The notes beneath the pieces are model-generated. The model saw only the letters and a program-made list of their open reading frames with translations, ran no database searches and had not been told where the DNA came from. A program made the position numbers and the translations under genes. From Hypanus sabinus (Eukaryota), in contig NC_082736.1 of assembly GCF_030144855.1 (NCBI RefSeq), positions 11,470,001 through 11,534,000 of the forward strand: 64,000 nucleotides of DNA, read 5' to 3'. This document shows positions 13,401-27,569 of this stretch, in pieces (position 1 is the stretch's first letter; the number at the start of each line of letters is the position of its first letter).

Positions 13401-14519
13401 TCACATGTAAAACAATGAAACACAGGAGCTTTGAGCTGTCAGCCCTGTCTGTTTGACAACATAATCCTCCTAATGTTGAAATAAACTAATTTCAACCTAT
13501 CAGTCCTAGCATGTTTGTTAGCCTGACATTGGCTCTCGTTCATTTCAGACTGTCTTTTCATTCATGCATTCTCCCTCTTGCTATTCCAGTTCAAACTCTG
13601 CCAAGTGACACCATCAAACCTTCTGGTGAGGATATTGGTTCCCCTCCAGTTCAGATGGAAATGGTCTTGTTTGTCCCGGTCTCCCACCTTCCTGGAAGGG
13701 AGCCCATTGATCCATGAATCTGAAAACCTCCCTCCTACATCAGTTCCTCAGCAACATATTAAACTGCACGGGCATATCATTTTCTCACCACACCAGCACA
13801 AGGTTTGACCCACAATTCCGTAATTACAATGCTGGAAGTCCTGATTTTTAACCTAGTTCCTGAAAATCACTTTGTTGGACCTTGCTCATTTAAACCCTTT
13901 GGTGTAGCACGGAGAAAGGTCACCGTAAAACATATTGGCTCCCCTCCTCCTTGGTCCTGTCTCAACTTACCCTCGGGACCCCAATGATCCTGGTACGTGA
14001 ATCCCCCACCCATCTCGCACCAGCTCCTCAGCCACCACCTTACCTGGGCTTTAGAATACATCAGAAGCACGGTATATATATCCTTGTGTCTGCCTATGTA
14101 TCCTGTTCCTTTATGTGACCGGACTTTCATTTCCCTCGCGACCCAGAGGAATAGTCGTTCTAATGAATTAACCCTCTCATCACTGGAAGTGACTGCACCC
14201 TCGCCCACCAACTGCCGTGTGTGAGGGCGCTCGCTCTGGTCAAGGGGCCGGCGAGGGACAGACCAAGGTTCTCGGGTATTTGCGAAATGGAAAAGCACTT
14301 CCTATAATTTAAAGCAGGCGAATCAGCAAATTTCCAGAATTTGTACAGAATCTGTACGTGGTCTGTGAGGGAGTTTTTTTTTCCGCTGAAGTGCTTTGTG
14401 TCGGATAATGGCGGCCGTAATAAAGTGAAGGCGGAGCTGGACGATGAGAGGCCGCTCTCGGCTCTGTCCGTCACTCTGACTCTGTCTCCTCCCCTCCCCG
14501 CCTCTGTCTCTCTGCGCGT

Positions 14520-14555
14520 TTCTCGGGCAGGTCGGGGCGCTGTGTATAAAAGGAG
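14520..14555 (+). promoter_or_regulatory. Histone H4 core promoter (TATA box)
   Basis: TATAAAA at 14545-14551, ~60 nt upstream of the ATG, preceded by GC-rich sequence. Confidence 0.75.
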
Positions 14556-14596
14556 ACATCAGCAGACTGTTTGTCACTGAGCAACGACCTGAGTGA

Positions 14597-14917
<321 letters not shown>

Positions 14918-14950
14918 AAAACTCCCACTTCCTCCCGAACACAACACAAA

Positions 14951-14993
14951 GGCTCTTCTAAGAGCCACCCACCGCCTCACAGAGGGAGCCGTG
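14951..14993 (+). terminator. Histone 3' stem-loop and U7 histone downstream element (H4)
   Basis: GGCTCTTCTAAGAGCC at 14951-14966, then ACCCA, then purine-rich 'cagagggagcc'. Confidence 0.95.
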
Positions 14994-15369
14994 TCCACAA
15001 CCTTTTAATTCTTTATCGATCCAACTGTATTCATCTGTTGACATTTGAAATCGATTAATCTTCCGCTTGAAATTTAGCCGCGATTCTACCTTTACAGACG
15101 GTGATTACCGTAAATGCTGAATGCATTTATATTGATCTTAATCTTCCCGTCCGTCTGCGTCAGAAATCAGTTCCCTCGTTTAGAGGAACAATTCCGTAAT
15201 TTTGCATTCGAATCTTAACTAAGGGATTTAGATGTTAAATGAAACTGAAAATGTATGATCCGTGATAGAATTAATTGTAATTAATAAAAATTTATCAAGC
15301 ACAATTGCTGGGTGCGCTGAAATTGGCGGGCGATTCGAAATTTATCGGGCGCCAATTACAGTAAATTCT

Positions 15370-16030
<661 letters not shown>

Positions 16031-16059
16031 GCCCAGCCTACACTCCGAACACCAGAAAA

Positions 16060-16100
16060 GGCTCTTTTCAGAGCCACTACCACGGCAAAGGAAAGGGCTG
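16060..16100 (+). terminator. Histone 3' stem-loop and HDE (H3 pseudogene)
   Basis: GGCTCTTTTCAGAGCC at 16060-16075, followed by 'aaaggaaagggctg'. Confidence 0.93.
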
Positions 16101-16534
16101 CCAAATACTGTACATGATTGATGTTTTGTGTAAATAAACTAGTTTTGTAGCTGGGACCTGAATGAAGGTCAGTCGGCAATGCTACCGGGTAGTTTATCAT
16201 ATATCCTCTCGCTGCAGTCCATCCCCAGTGACGGATCCCTCTCTCAACACGCCCCCTCCCCTCTCGCATAGGTGTCAGGAGTTCCCAATCAACTCAGCTG
16301 AATCTCCGCAGGTGTCTATGTCTCAGTCACTCTCTCCCAGATCGGAGAAGGAATTGGGCCTGAAACTGCCCACATCCCATATCTCTCAATCTCAGCTCGG
16401 GCATCCGTGTCTCATTTCAGACACCGAGACGGCACGGCCGCACCATATGTCAGGTACCGTCAATCTCCGGTTCTATGTGAGAAGTTCCCCCGGAAAGCTC
16501 AGTCAGACCCGGGACGGGAATCACAACACTTTGA

Positions 16535-16575
16535 ATCAGATCTTTTCTGAGATGTGGGTGGCTCTGAGAAGAGCC
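16535..16575 (-). terminator. Histone 3' stem-loop and HDE (H1)
   Basis: The reverse complement of 16560-16575 is GGCTCTTCTCAGAGCC, followed by ACCCA and 'cagaaaagatctg'. Confidence 0.93.
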
Positions 16576-16612
16576 GTTGGGTTCAGATAGTTACATATGG
16601 TGGATTCTCAAT

Positions 16613-17230
16613 TCACTTTTTGACTGCTGTCTTCTTGGGTTTCGCGGATTTCGACTTCGGCTTCTTGGCCGCCTTCGTCTTCGGGGCTGCGGCTTTCTTG
16701 GGGCTCTTGGGCTTCGGCGCCGCTTTCTTAGCCGTGGGTTTCTTAGCTGCCGCTTTCTTAGCCGCTGGTTTCTTAGATGCGTGTTTCTTCGCCGCTGGTT
16801 TCTTAGCTCCCACTTTTTTAGCCGCTGGTTTCTTGGCGCCAAGCTTCTTGCTGGGAGATTTCTTTGCCGATGGTTTCTTCGCTTTCTTCACCACCTTCAC
16901 GGCACTTTTCCCTATACCGGATTTAAAGGATCCCGAAAGACCAGAACCCTTCATCTGAACCAAAGAGCCGCTTTCCACTTTCCTCTTGATGCTCATCTTG
17001 ATCTGGGGGCGACGTTTCGCCACATCGACACCGCTGTCGGCCAGAGCCTTCATGATGGCCGCACCGGACATACCCTTCCTATCGTGACAACCCGCCACGA
17101 TCTTATCGATCTGTTCGCCCAGCGAGGGACCGGTTGGTTTGCTCCGGGCAGCCGCCTTCTTCTTGGGAGTCTTCTTTGCGGCGGCGGGTGCGGCTGGAGG
17201 AGCCGTTTCGGCGGGTGCTGTCTCGGTCAT
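16613..17230 (-). CDS. H1: Linker histone H1, replication-dependent
   Basis: 205-aa ORF with an MTETAPA...KK N-tail, a globular domain ending '[14 protein letters not shown]', and a K/A/P-rich C-tail with SPKK. A 3' stem-loop follows. Confidence 0.96.
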   Translation of the reverse strand: MTETAPAETAPPAAPAAAKKTPKKKAAARSKPTGPSLGEQIDKIVAGCHDRKGMSGAAIMKALADSGVDVAKRRPQIKMSIKRKVESGSLVQMKGSGLSGSFKSGIGKSAVKVVKKAKKPSAKKSPSKKLGAKKPAAKKVGAKKPAAKKHASKKPAAKKAAAKKPTAKKAAPKPKSPKKAAAPKTKAAKKPKSKSAKPKKTAVKK

Positions 17231-17769
17231 GTCGGCGACTCTGATAAATCCTTCTCACAATCAGAACTGAATGAAAAATGAAGCGAAAGGCGGCGGCACA
17301 GAGCAATTTAAAGGCAGCGTGCGGACGGGGCGGAGACATCCTGCTTTCAGCTCCAGGCAGCTTCATTTTTCTGTGCTTCTCTCTCCTCAAAAACTCGCTG
17401 ATTCCAATTCAAATCGGACGCTGAGGAGACTCGGACTAGTCCCTGTCTGTCACTGAGGCCAGAATGTTCGCTGGAAAGAAAGTTTAATCGGGATTAAAGG
17501 TAGCGCTTTCTATTACTGCATTGCCCGCGTTCTCTCTCCCGATCGTAGACCTGTTCTGTTTTTTGGCTGAATTATTTAAACTAATTAAAACTTTGCGGTT
17601 AATTCCCTCTTCGGGACTGAGCCGGGGAGTGGGTGCTTCCGTAACAAAAAACATCTTTTCTCTTTCTACGGGAGGCGCTGAGAAATCCTACGATGTATTC
17701 GGACTCACAAACACAGGGACACTGTTCTAAGCCGCCCGCTCCTTTAACTCACTCTCTCTGACACAGAAC

Positions 17770-17910
17770 ACACTCAATGCTGGCGGAAATCAGCAAATCA
17801 GGCAGCATCAATGGTGGGAATAAACAGCCGACATTTCGGGCTGAGACCCTTCATCAAGACTCTGGTGGGAGATGCTGCCTGACTTGCTGGGTTCCCCCAG
17901 CATTTTGTCC
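17770..17910. repeat. Foldback Penelope-terminus-derived repeat with hammerhead remnant
   Basis: Inverted arms 'aatgctggcggaaatcagcaaatcaggcagcatc' and 'gatgctgcctgacttgctgggttcccccagcatt'. The minus strand reads gagtc-TTGATGA-agggtctcagccc-GAAATGTC-ggctg. Confidence 0.65.
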
Positions 17911-18079
17911 CGTTGTTCGCGACTCCCAGAATCTCTAGGCGTTATGCCGATACAATGTTCACATCTGCACCTTCATCGCATTGTACTGCTGTCAAAATAA
18001 AAAGACTTTTTCCTTGTCATGTAACACGGTGATAAATGATTCTGATACCAAAGAATAAAGAACAACGGACATTGTCCGA

Positions 18080-19940
18080 CCAACATCTCTGTGTAACTGA
18101 GAATCTCAGATCCCGGAAACATCCTTGGAAGTCTTCTCTACACTCTCCCCAGTTTAACCCCGTTTCCTAAAACGGTGACAAGAGCTGTACACAAAACGAT
18201 AAGTGTGACCTCCAGTCACTTACACAACTGTAACATAATGTCCCAACTGATATACTCAATCCCCTGACTAATGAAGACCAGCATGTTAAACCCAGTTCTT
18301 CACCACCCTGTCTACCAGTGACACCACTTTCAATGAACTGTGTGTGAGAGATTTACCCCTAAATCTCTCCGGCCCTAATGACCGACCGTTCACAGTGTAA
18401 GTTCTACACTGGATTGACTTTGCAATGTGCACTGCATCACATTTATCTGTATTGAAATGCATTTGCCACGCTGTGGCCCTCTTCACTAAATGATCAAGAT
18501 TGCCAGGTTAAATAAGAAATACTGAATAAACTAAACAGTGTAAAAGAGGATCAGGGAGGGATGTGATTCTGAAGGTGAGAATGGGAAACCTGAATCCTGA
18601 TCCAGTCTTGCCTCTCTTTTACTCTTTAAATGTCTGAAAAAAAGCTTGTATTCTCCTTTATACTATTGGCCAGTTACTTTAATAATTCATCTGTTCTCTC
18701 CATATTACTATTTTAGTTACCTTCTGTTCTTTTTAAGTTCCCTAATCCTTTAGCTTCCCACTAACTTTTGTGATATTCTCTGCTCTCTCATGTTATTTTA
18801 TGCTGCTTTTGTCTTCTATTGTTGGTGATGGTTGCCTCATTTTCCCTTTCAAATATTGTTTCTGCTGAGGGATGAACTGATCCTGCATCTGCCAAATTAC
18901 TCCTGGAAACTGAAGCTTTTAATATAAAGGTAATCTGGTTAATGCTGGGGATGTCAATATGCACGACTGCTGTAAGCCTGTTCCCATTACACCTCTGTGT
19001 GATTTACCAACATGTCTGCTCCACAATATCTCAGCCTATTGGGAGGCGAGCAGTGTAATCCCATCAAATTCACCATTCATCATTTTATTTGAATCCTTTA
19101 CTTAGAAAATCTCATCAAATCCGTCACATTACTGCAGTGTTGGTCTCCTTTATCAAACACGCAGCATCCCCCCACCAGTCAGGTAGCCTTTAAATGTTTC
19201 CCCTACACCTTAAACAATTGTCCTGTAAATTTATACTTCCCTACCCTGACACAAACAGTTATCGCGTACTGATTTTGTAAAGCTTTGGATGGTCACTGGT
19301 CAGCTCCTTAATCTCTCAGTTGAGAAAGAGAGTCCCAGTCTGTCCAAACTTCTGCAAATAATTCAAATCCTCCAGTGTCAGTAACACCCTCCTCAAACCT
19401 CTCTCCACACTTTCCAGCTTCATGACATCCTTCCTGTAGCTGGGTGACTAGAACTGTGCACATTACAGTGCAATCTCACTTCGACGATTACAGTTGTCAT
19501 ATGACATCCCAAATCCTGTAACTCATTTCCCTGACCAATGAAGACAAATAGGCCAAACATCATCTTCACCATCCTGACTACCTGTGTTGTCACTTTCAGT
19601 GAATGATGTTTCTGTATTCCATGGACACTCTGCCTGCAATACTCTCCAAGGAACAGAATTTACTGTGCAGGTCCTTCCCTGGTTGGACTTCTCAAAATGC
19701 AAGAGTTCATACTTGTCCACATCAACATCCATCTGCCATTCTTTGGCCAACTTCCCCAGTTCGTCCCCATCCCATTCGGGATCCCACTCTACCAACAGCA
19801 TCGCTGTCATCTGCAAACTCACTAATCACGTTCACAACAATGTCAGAGAAAGTGTTCACATCGATGACAAATGACAGTACCAGAACCGATCCCTGTGAAC
19901 GTCACTGGTCAGAGGCCTCCAACCTTAATGATAAGCTGAC
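18080..19940 (-). mobile_element. Several CR1 LINE fragments
   Basis: ORFs 'WQMHFNTDKCDAVH..RTYTVNGRSLG' (18286-18486) and 'LAKEWQMDVDVDKYELLHFEKSNQGRTCTVN' (19523-19822). Confidence 0.7.
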
Positions 19941-20429
19941 ACAACCACCCTCTGTCACCTTCTATCAACCCAATTTTGTGACGCTGATATTAGGCAGTAT
20001 CTTGTCTGGCATCCTTTCTGCTCCAAATGAGTAATACAGAAGAAGTAAGGAATAAAGAAAAACTTATCTTTCTTGCCTACACCTCTCAGATGTGCCAAAG
20101 CCTCATCTCCCCACTGCAATTTTGGCCCACTCATACAATGACTGCTCTCTTTAAATCTAACTTCTTTTTATTGGATCTTGATAAGTGCCTAAATATGCAC
20201 AAGCAAACGATTCCCTTGGAACTATGACATGCAAAATATGCCAACTGCCCATGTTCACTTCATTTAAACTCCCTCTCTGTCTACATAATCATATGACTGT
20301 TTGTGACTGTGGTGCACAAAATTGTGAACTGCAGGAAACCAAAGAACATGCCTGCACTGTTCGACAAGACCAGACATGATAAAACAAACAAAACACTGTA
20401 TAACAAACACTAGAATCCCCTAACTGAGA

Positions 20430-23400
20430 GGAGTGGAGACGCTGGATGACCATAAAGATTTAAAGAGAAGCAAGATAAATTTTTATAAAATCAGGGAAGT
20501 GGGATCAACATACAAGAAGAGGCTGATGACAGATCAGCCTTTATATGGAATTGTGGGTGAGGGACTAAGAGAGAACACACTGGAGGGTTTATCCAGTGTG
20601 AATAGAGCTCAGGATAAGAGAGGTGCATTCACCAATGGAGTTGTGCTACTGGCCTCCCAAATGCCAGCAGAAGGTAAAGAAACTGAAATGTAGCAGGACA
20701 TGAAAGATGTAAAAGCAACAGGGTCGTTGCAGTGGGTGACTAATTTCCCCAGTGTTGACTGGGACTCCCTTAGACTCAGGGGCTTAGATATCATTGCGTA
20801 TGTTAGAAGAATACTGGGATGTTTCTTAACATAGAAGTGGGTAGTCTAACCAGGGAAGTGGGTTTTAGAAGACATTGTATTGGAAAATGAGCCTGTCAAC
20901 AGATAGAAATTTCATTCTGAGAGCAGTAAGTAAGCACAGGACTCGTCATAGAGGTAATGTGGTTAATCGGTATATAACTAAGGGAAACTGTGTTGGACAG
21001 GAACTGAGGTGAGGGGAATGGGTGCAGCTGTGATTTGTCCATCCACATTTGACATGTGACTAGTGGTTAAAGGTCAGAATTCAGACTGTTTCTATATGGA
21101 AGAAAGACAAGGTTGGTAAAGTCTGGCACAGGGGTAGGAGATGTTATGAATTCAATCTGATAGAAAATGAAAGATAAGGAATGTTTCAGATGTATAAATT
21201 GGAGAATATGAATATGAATATGCAATATTAAGCAAGCAAGAGAGAAGTTAAACAGAGAATCAGACTTGTCAAATGGGGACAGGAAATAACTTTGGGGAGA
21301 AGGGGCACTATGGAGAGGGTAGGACAACACAAGGACAAAGGAGAGAGTTTACTTCTGAAGTGGGTGAGGGACTAAACCAGTACTTCATATCAGTATTCAT
21401 CGATGTGGTCCTGGAGGATAGTGTGATCAGAGAAGGGAATGCTGAAATTCCAAGGCATGTTGTTCCTCCGGCAACAGAGTCAACCCAGGAAATTATGAAC
21501 TGGTGATACCTGGATCAATGCCAGGGGAATTGTTCGAGAATATTATTAGACATAGCATCTCTCATAAAAGTTAGGACTAGAATAGGAGAAGATCAGGATT
21601 TGGAAGGAAAATTGAGCAAAATCCCCTGAGATTCTCTCGGTGCATTCAGAGGAAAAGGGAATTTGGACAGAATTGTTCAGCTTGGAGATGAGGATGGCCA
21701 TCTGTGTGTGGAACTGAAGGAAATGGGAGAGGCTTTCCATGAATATTTCTGACAGTTATTTCACCATTGAGAAAATTATGGAAAGTGATGGAGTTACGGA
21801 AATGGCATGAATCAGATGTGATATCTTCGACCACATTCAAGTTAACAGGGATCTATATTGGAGGCCATAAGATGCTTTAAGGTTGTTAAACCTACCGGGC
21901 CTTTCAGGTACATTCTTGTATTTTGTGAGAAGTTAGAGAATACACTGTAGAGGCCACGGGAGAGATTGTTGCTTCACCACAGGCATCAGTTGAGGTTAGA
22001 CATGATTGGAGAGTGACTAACGTGGAATTTGCAGTTTTGAGGCCAAGTCTGTGGATGAATCAAAAATAGATAGAGAGCCAGGCAGTGTTATGGATGCAGG
22101 GAGTCTGCAGTAGCACTTGGACAGATTTAGAGAATGGACAGAGAAGTTCCAGACAATATACAGTGTAAGGAAGTGTGTGGTCATGAACACTGGGAGGAGG
22201 AATAAAGGCATAGACTCCATCTAATCAGGGAAAGAACAGAAATCAGATATGTAAAGGGACTTTGCGGCTCCTAATGCAGGATTCCCTAAAGGTTAATGTG
22301 CACATTTAGATGCTAGTAAGGAAGGCAAATGCAATATCTGCATTCATTCCAAGAGAACTAGAATATAAAAGCAAGCATCTAATGCTGAAGCTTTAGCCAG
22401 AACTTATTTGGAGTATCATGAGCAGGTTTGGGTCACTTTTCTAAGAAAGGCCGTGCTGACATTGTAGAGTTTGCAGGGGAAATTCACGAGAATGATCCCA
22501 AGTCTGAAACAGTTAGGATATAAAGATCATTTGATGATCTGGGCCTGTAGTCACTGGAGTCTAGAAGAATGAGGGAGCATCATATAGAAACATATTGAAT
22601 GTTGAAAGGCATAGGTAGCGTTGATATGAGATGATGTTTCCAATAATACAAGAGTCTAGAACCAGACTACACCCTCAATACAAAGATGCCCTTCTAGAAT
22701 AGAGATGAGTAATTTCTGTATTCAGAAGGTGATCTTTCGATACATTTCATTGGCACAGGCGGCCATGAAGGCAGTCAGTAGGTCTATTTAAAACAGAGGT
22801 TAGGATGATTTAATTATTATTAAGGGCATCAAAGTTTAATGGGAAAAGGGCAGAGAATGGTGTTGGGATGGATAATAAATCAGGCATGATGGAATGATGG
22901 AACAGACTGGATGAGCCAAAAGACCCAATCCTGCTCCAATAACTTAAGGTCTTTTGTTTTAATGCAGTGCCAGGAAACTAGTCAGGAAACTACTGGCCCA
23001 TCAGTCTGATATCAGTGTTGGGTAATTTATTGGAGGAGGTTTTGAGAAACAGGATCTACCAACATTTGGTCTGATTCAAGACAGACAGCACAGTTGTGTG
23101 CAAGGGAAATCATGTCGGACAATTATCTTGCAGCTCTTTGAGGAGTTTCACAAGTGCGTAGATGAGGTTAGTTGTGGATGTTGTCTAAATGGACGGGAGA
23201 CAGGCCTTTGACTCTGGTCTGGGAGGTTAGATCTGAGAGATGGAATCCACGGGAGATAGTTGATTGGTTTCATAATTGCCTCAGTGACAGGAAGCAGAGG
23301 CTGACGGTTGAGGGCTGTGCCTCAAACTGGAGGTCTCTGTCTAGTGCGCCTCTAGGTGCTGGGATCTTTTTGTTAGTAATTTATAGAAACAATGTCCATG

Positions 23401-23870
23401 TGAATGCATAGTTCACTGAAAGTGACATCTCAGTTAGATATGGTGTTTGACCTGCTGGCCTTCTTCAGTCATTGCAGAGATGAGAAGGTTTTTCTTTGAT
23501 TTGAGAAAATATGCTGTAAATATAAAAGTCTTTGGTGAGGACTGACGGGGGATATTGTGTATAGTGTTGGTAGGAAACTGTTCTTAAACTACAGAGAGTG
23601 CAGGGAGAAAGAAAAATAGCAGATATTTGCTTTGTCCTGGGGAGTCTGAGTTACAAGGAGAGGTTGTATAGACTAGTATTTTATTCCCGGAGCAGAGCAG
23701 ATTCAGAGATGATCCTAGTAGAGGTCTGTAGATCATGAGGAGCATAGATAGGGTAAAAGCACGTAGTCTTTTTCACAGGAAATGGCTGATAAAAACAAGG
23801 CAAGTATTTCAGATCAGACATAATGGGCAGAGGGTGGTGGGTATTTTGAATAAACTGCCAGTGATTGTGG
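20430..23870 (+). mobile_element. Stack of old CR1 LINE fragments
   Basis: Degenerate APE, RT and 3' pieces, e.g. 'WFHNCLSDRKQRLTVEGCASNWRSL' (23172-23411), and a CR1 3' UTR near 22860-22950. Confidence 0.65.
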
Positions 23871-23959
23871 CGGACACATTAGAAACATTTTAAAATCTTG
23901 CGATCAGAGCCGGTTGCCACATCACAGGAAGGACAGTTTCAGTTATAAGGCGAGGTTGA

Positions 23960-24420
23960 ACAAGCACAGACCCCCGGGCCCAAGGCGCTCCCCCTCCCCC
24001 CTCCGCGGGGCCTTGCCACATTCCCGCGCCAGCTGCCTTGGAAACAGGTGCGTCACTGTGACATCACAGCAACGAGGCGGGAGGCTGCGTTCCGAAGAGG
24101 GGGGGGGGTGCGTGCTGTCAATCAGAGGAGCCGCCGGTCACCCGCAAATATTGCAAATAAATCACTGAGCCCTTCATGAAAAAGCCCCGTCGGGGGGAAG
24201 CCTTTTCTGCACTTCCAACCCAGGATCCTTCTACGTGGAGACTTGGGCCTGTTGCTAAGGCAACGACGTTCCGGAGGCCCTCTGACTCTGCGACATCAGG
24301 GCAGCGAAAGGGATGCTCGTCACATGATATGTTGGCCGCAGCCCGGGAGGAGGAGCAATGTACTTGTCAATCATAGGAGCAACAGCGGACAGTGACTGCA
24401 CGGCGAGACATTTCAGTGTT
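23960..24420. promoter_or_regulatory. CpG-rich promoter-like island (RFX X-boxes, CRE-like site, PBX/PKNOX motif)
   Basis: X-box-like GCTGCCTTGGAAAC at 24032-24045, TGACATCA at 24059-24066 inside the palindrome 24056-24069, CTGTCAATCA at 24115-24124, and X-box GTTGCTAAGGCAAC at 24251-24264. CpG is retained relative to the flanks. Confidence 0.55.
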
Positions 24421-24585
24421 AAATCTATAACTGGGAAAGGGGAAAAGAACTTACTGTAAAGGAAAACAATAAAGATGTACGAAAAAAGAAAGAGAGCGAG
24501 ATATAAAGCTACAAACAAGAGAGAGTCCGCAGATGCTGGAAATCCAAACTACACACAGAAAATGCTGGAGGAACTCAGCAGGCCA

Positions 24586-25290
24586 GGCAGACAGACATAC
24601 TTCATTGATCCCGAGGCAAATTGGGTTTCCTTACAGTCGCAACAACCAAGAATAGTGTAGAAATATAGCAATATAAAAACATAAATAATTAAATAATAAT
24701 AAGTAAATTATTCCAAGTGGAAATAAGTCGAGGACCAGCCAATTGGCTCAGGGTGTCTGACACTGCGAGGCAGGAGTTGTAAAGTTTGATGGCCACAGGC
24801 AGGAATGACTTCCTATGATGCTCAGTGTTGCATCTTGGTGGAATGAGTCTCTGGCTGAACGTACTCCTGTGCCTAACCAGTGCATTATGAAGTGGATGGG
24901 AGACTTTGTTCAAGATGGCATGCAACTTGGACAGCATCCTCTTTTCAGACACCACCGTCAGAAAGTCCAGTTGCACCCCCACAACATCACTCGCCATACA
25001 AATGAGTTTGTTAACTTTGTTGGTGTCTGCTACCCTCAGCCTGCTGCCCCAGCACACAACAGCAAACATGATTGCACGGGCCACCACAGACTTGTAGAAC
25101 ATCCTCAGCATCATCTGGTAGATGTTAAAGGACCTCGGTCTCCTCAGGAAGTAGAGACAGCTCTGACCCTTCTTGTAGACAACCTCAGTGTTCTTTGACC
25201 AGTCCAGTTTATTGTCAATTCATATCCCCAAGTATTTGTAATCCTCCACCATGTCCACACTGACCCCTTGGATGGAAACAGGGGTCACGA
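24586..25290 (-). mobile_element. 5'-truncated Rex1/Babar-like LINE inserted into a Penelope-derived foldback repeat
   Basis: ORF 24689..25114(-): 'FYKSVVARAIMFAVVCWGSRL..HPLHNAL..RCNTEHHRKSFLPVAIKLYN'. It is flanked by the two halves of the foldback repeat (~24515-24585 and ~25300-25410). Confidence 0.8.
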
Positions 25291-25779
25291 TGTATGGGTC
25301 AGCATGTATGGGAAAGAAAAGCAGGACTGCTGAAGGGTCTTGGCTCGAAAAGTCGACTGTACTCTTTTCCCCATAGATGCTACCTGACCTGCTGATTCCT
25401 CCAGCAATTTGTGAAATATAAAGCTAGAGAGATTTGACAACTAACACTGAGATATTTAATATGAACAGACTTATTGCTGTGAAGTGAAACTACATCTGTA
25501 AACCACAGTGAGTTTTGGGGATGGTGCGGGTGTTAATGGCAGAAAATAAAGAGATAATAGATTAACAAAGAGGTTTTAGGCACCAGGTTGATAACATGTG
25601 GGTTCCCACACTGCTGGACTCCTGTCTGCAGGTCTGGTCGACACACTGCAGAAAGAACATGATGACTGTAATGAGTGAACTGGGTCTCTGGTCCCCATCC
25701 CATGTCAATCGCAGGAAACAGGAACACTGTAGAGCAGGTTTACCAAGATTTTGTCCGGGATGGAGCCTTTTTGTTGTAA

Positions 25780-27420
25780 AACCATTAAATATAGGAGCAG
25801 AGTTAGGCCCTTTGGCCCATTGTGTCTGCTCTTTTACTTCATCATGGCTGATCCATTTCCCTCTCAGCCCCAATATCCTGACCTCCCCTTAACCCACCAT
25901 GCCCTGACAAATCAAGAATGTATCAACCTCTACCTTAATTATAACCAATGATGGCCTCTGGCAATAAATTCCATGGTTGAGCCACAGTCTGGCTAAACAA
26001 ATTCCTCCTCATCTCCATTTAGACTCAGAGGCTGTGCCCTCTGTTCCTAGATTCCCCCTCTATCCTCTCCCTATCCACTCTACCGAGTCCTTTCAACGTT
26101 CGGTAGGTTTCAATGAAATCCCCTCTCATTCTTATGAATTCCAGTCAGTCTGGCCCTGCACAATCAAATGGTCGTCATATGATAAACCTTCAATCTTGGA
26201 ATCATTCTCGTGAATCTCCTCTGAACCCTCTCCAATGTCAGTACACCTTTCTTCGATAAGTGGCCCAGAATTGCTCACAGTACAAATGAACCTTCAGGAT
26301 CCTCCTCCACTCAAAAGTTCCTTTACATTTCAGATTTTGATGTTTCTCTCCTTTCAGAGCAATTGTCTATTCTTTCAATTTTTCTACCAGTGTCCTTGAC
26401 CATAAACTTCTCGACATGTTATTCCACCTGCCATATGTTTGCCCATTCTCACAATCTGTCTAAGCCTCTCTGTAGCCTTTCTGCTTCCTGCTACCTATTT
26501 TAATATACAAATGGTCAGAAAGCCATCATTTCTGTCATCCAAATCATTGATATATACTGTAACATTAAAAGAAGCGATACCAAAAAATGCCATTAGTCAT
26601 TGTAGTCAACCAGAAAAGTCTTTCTTTATGCCACTCTTTGCTTCCTGCCAATCAGTCAAGTCTTAATCCATGCTCATATCTTTCCTGTGTCATAGTTTCT
26701 TAACTTAAGCTGTCTCATGTGTGGCACCTTGTCAAAGGCCTTCTAAAAATCCAATTGCATAACACACACCCATCCATTGATTCTCTTTGTCTATCCTGCT
26801 TATTTCTTCAAGGAATTTCAACACACTCAAGAAGTAGGATATCCCCTAAAGGAAACCATGCTGACTTTGTCCTATTTTATCATGTGTTGCCAAGTAGCCC
26901 GAAAATACATCCTTAACAATTGAGTCCATCATCTTCTCAACCACTGACGTCACACTAACTGGCCTCCTTTCTTCTGCCCTCCTCCCTTCTTCAAGAGTAG
27001 AATGATGTTTGCAATTTTCCTGTTCTCCGAAACCACGCCAGAATCCAGGGATTATGGAAAGATTATTACTAATCTCATCAGTCACCTCTTTCATAGCATT
27101 GGTGTAGAAAATCTGGTCCAGCTGATTTATCTACCTTCAGATATTTCAGTAAAGGCTAATTCACTCATTTCTGCCCCCTGATTCTCCTGAATTTCCAGCA
27201 GACTGCTATTGTCTTCTCCAGTGAAGATTGAAGCACAATACTTATTCAGCTTCTTTGCCACTGCCCTGTACCCCATTACTACCTCTTCAGCATCATCTTC
27301 GAAAGTACTAATATTGACTTTTGCCTCTCATTTACACTTTGTATATCTGAAGTAACTTTTGGTATCCTCTTTAATATTAATGGCTAGCTTACCTTCTTGT
27401 TTGATCTTTTTCCTCTCCTA
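25780..27420 (-). mobile_element. CR1 LINE ORF2 3' half, decayed
   Basis: 'RPVSVTSVVEKMMDSIVKD..HDKIGQSQHGFL' (26846-27094) and a CR1 3' UTR near 25790-25860. Confidence 0.75.
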
Positions 27421-27569
27421 AACACTTTTATAGATGGTTTCAAAAAGTTTTGTAAATTGTATAACTGAGTGTCAGGGACGTCTCAGAGCAGCTGCTGAGC
27501 AATGTTCATTCAGCCAGAGGTGGTGGTTCACGTCGGTACCAGTGGACAGGTAGAAAAGGGATGAGAGAA

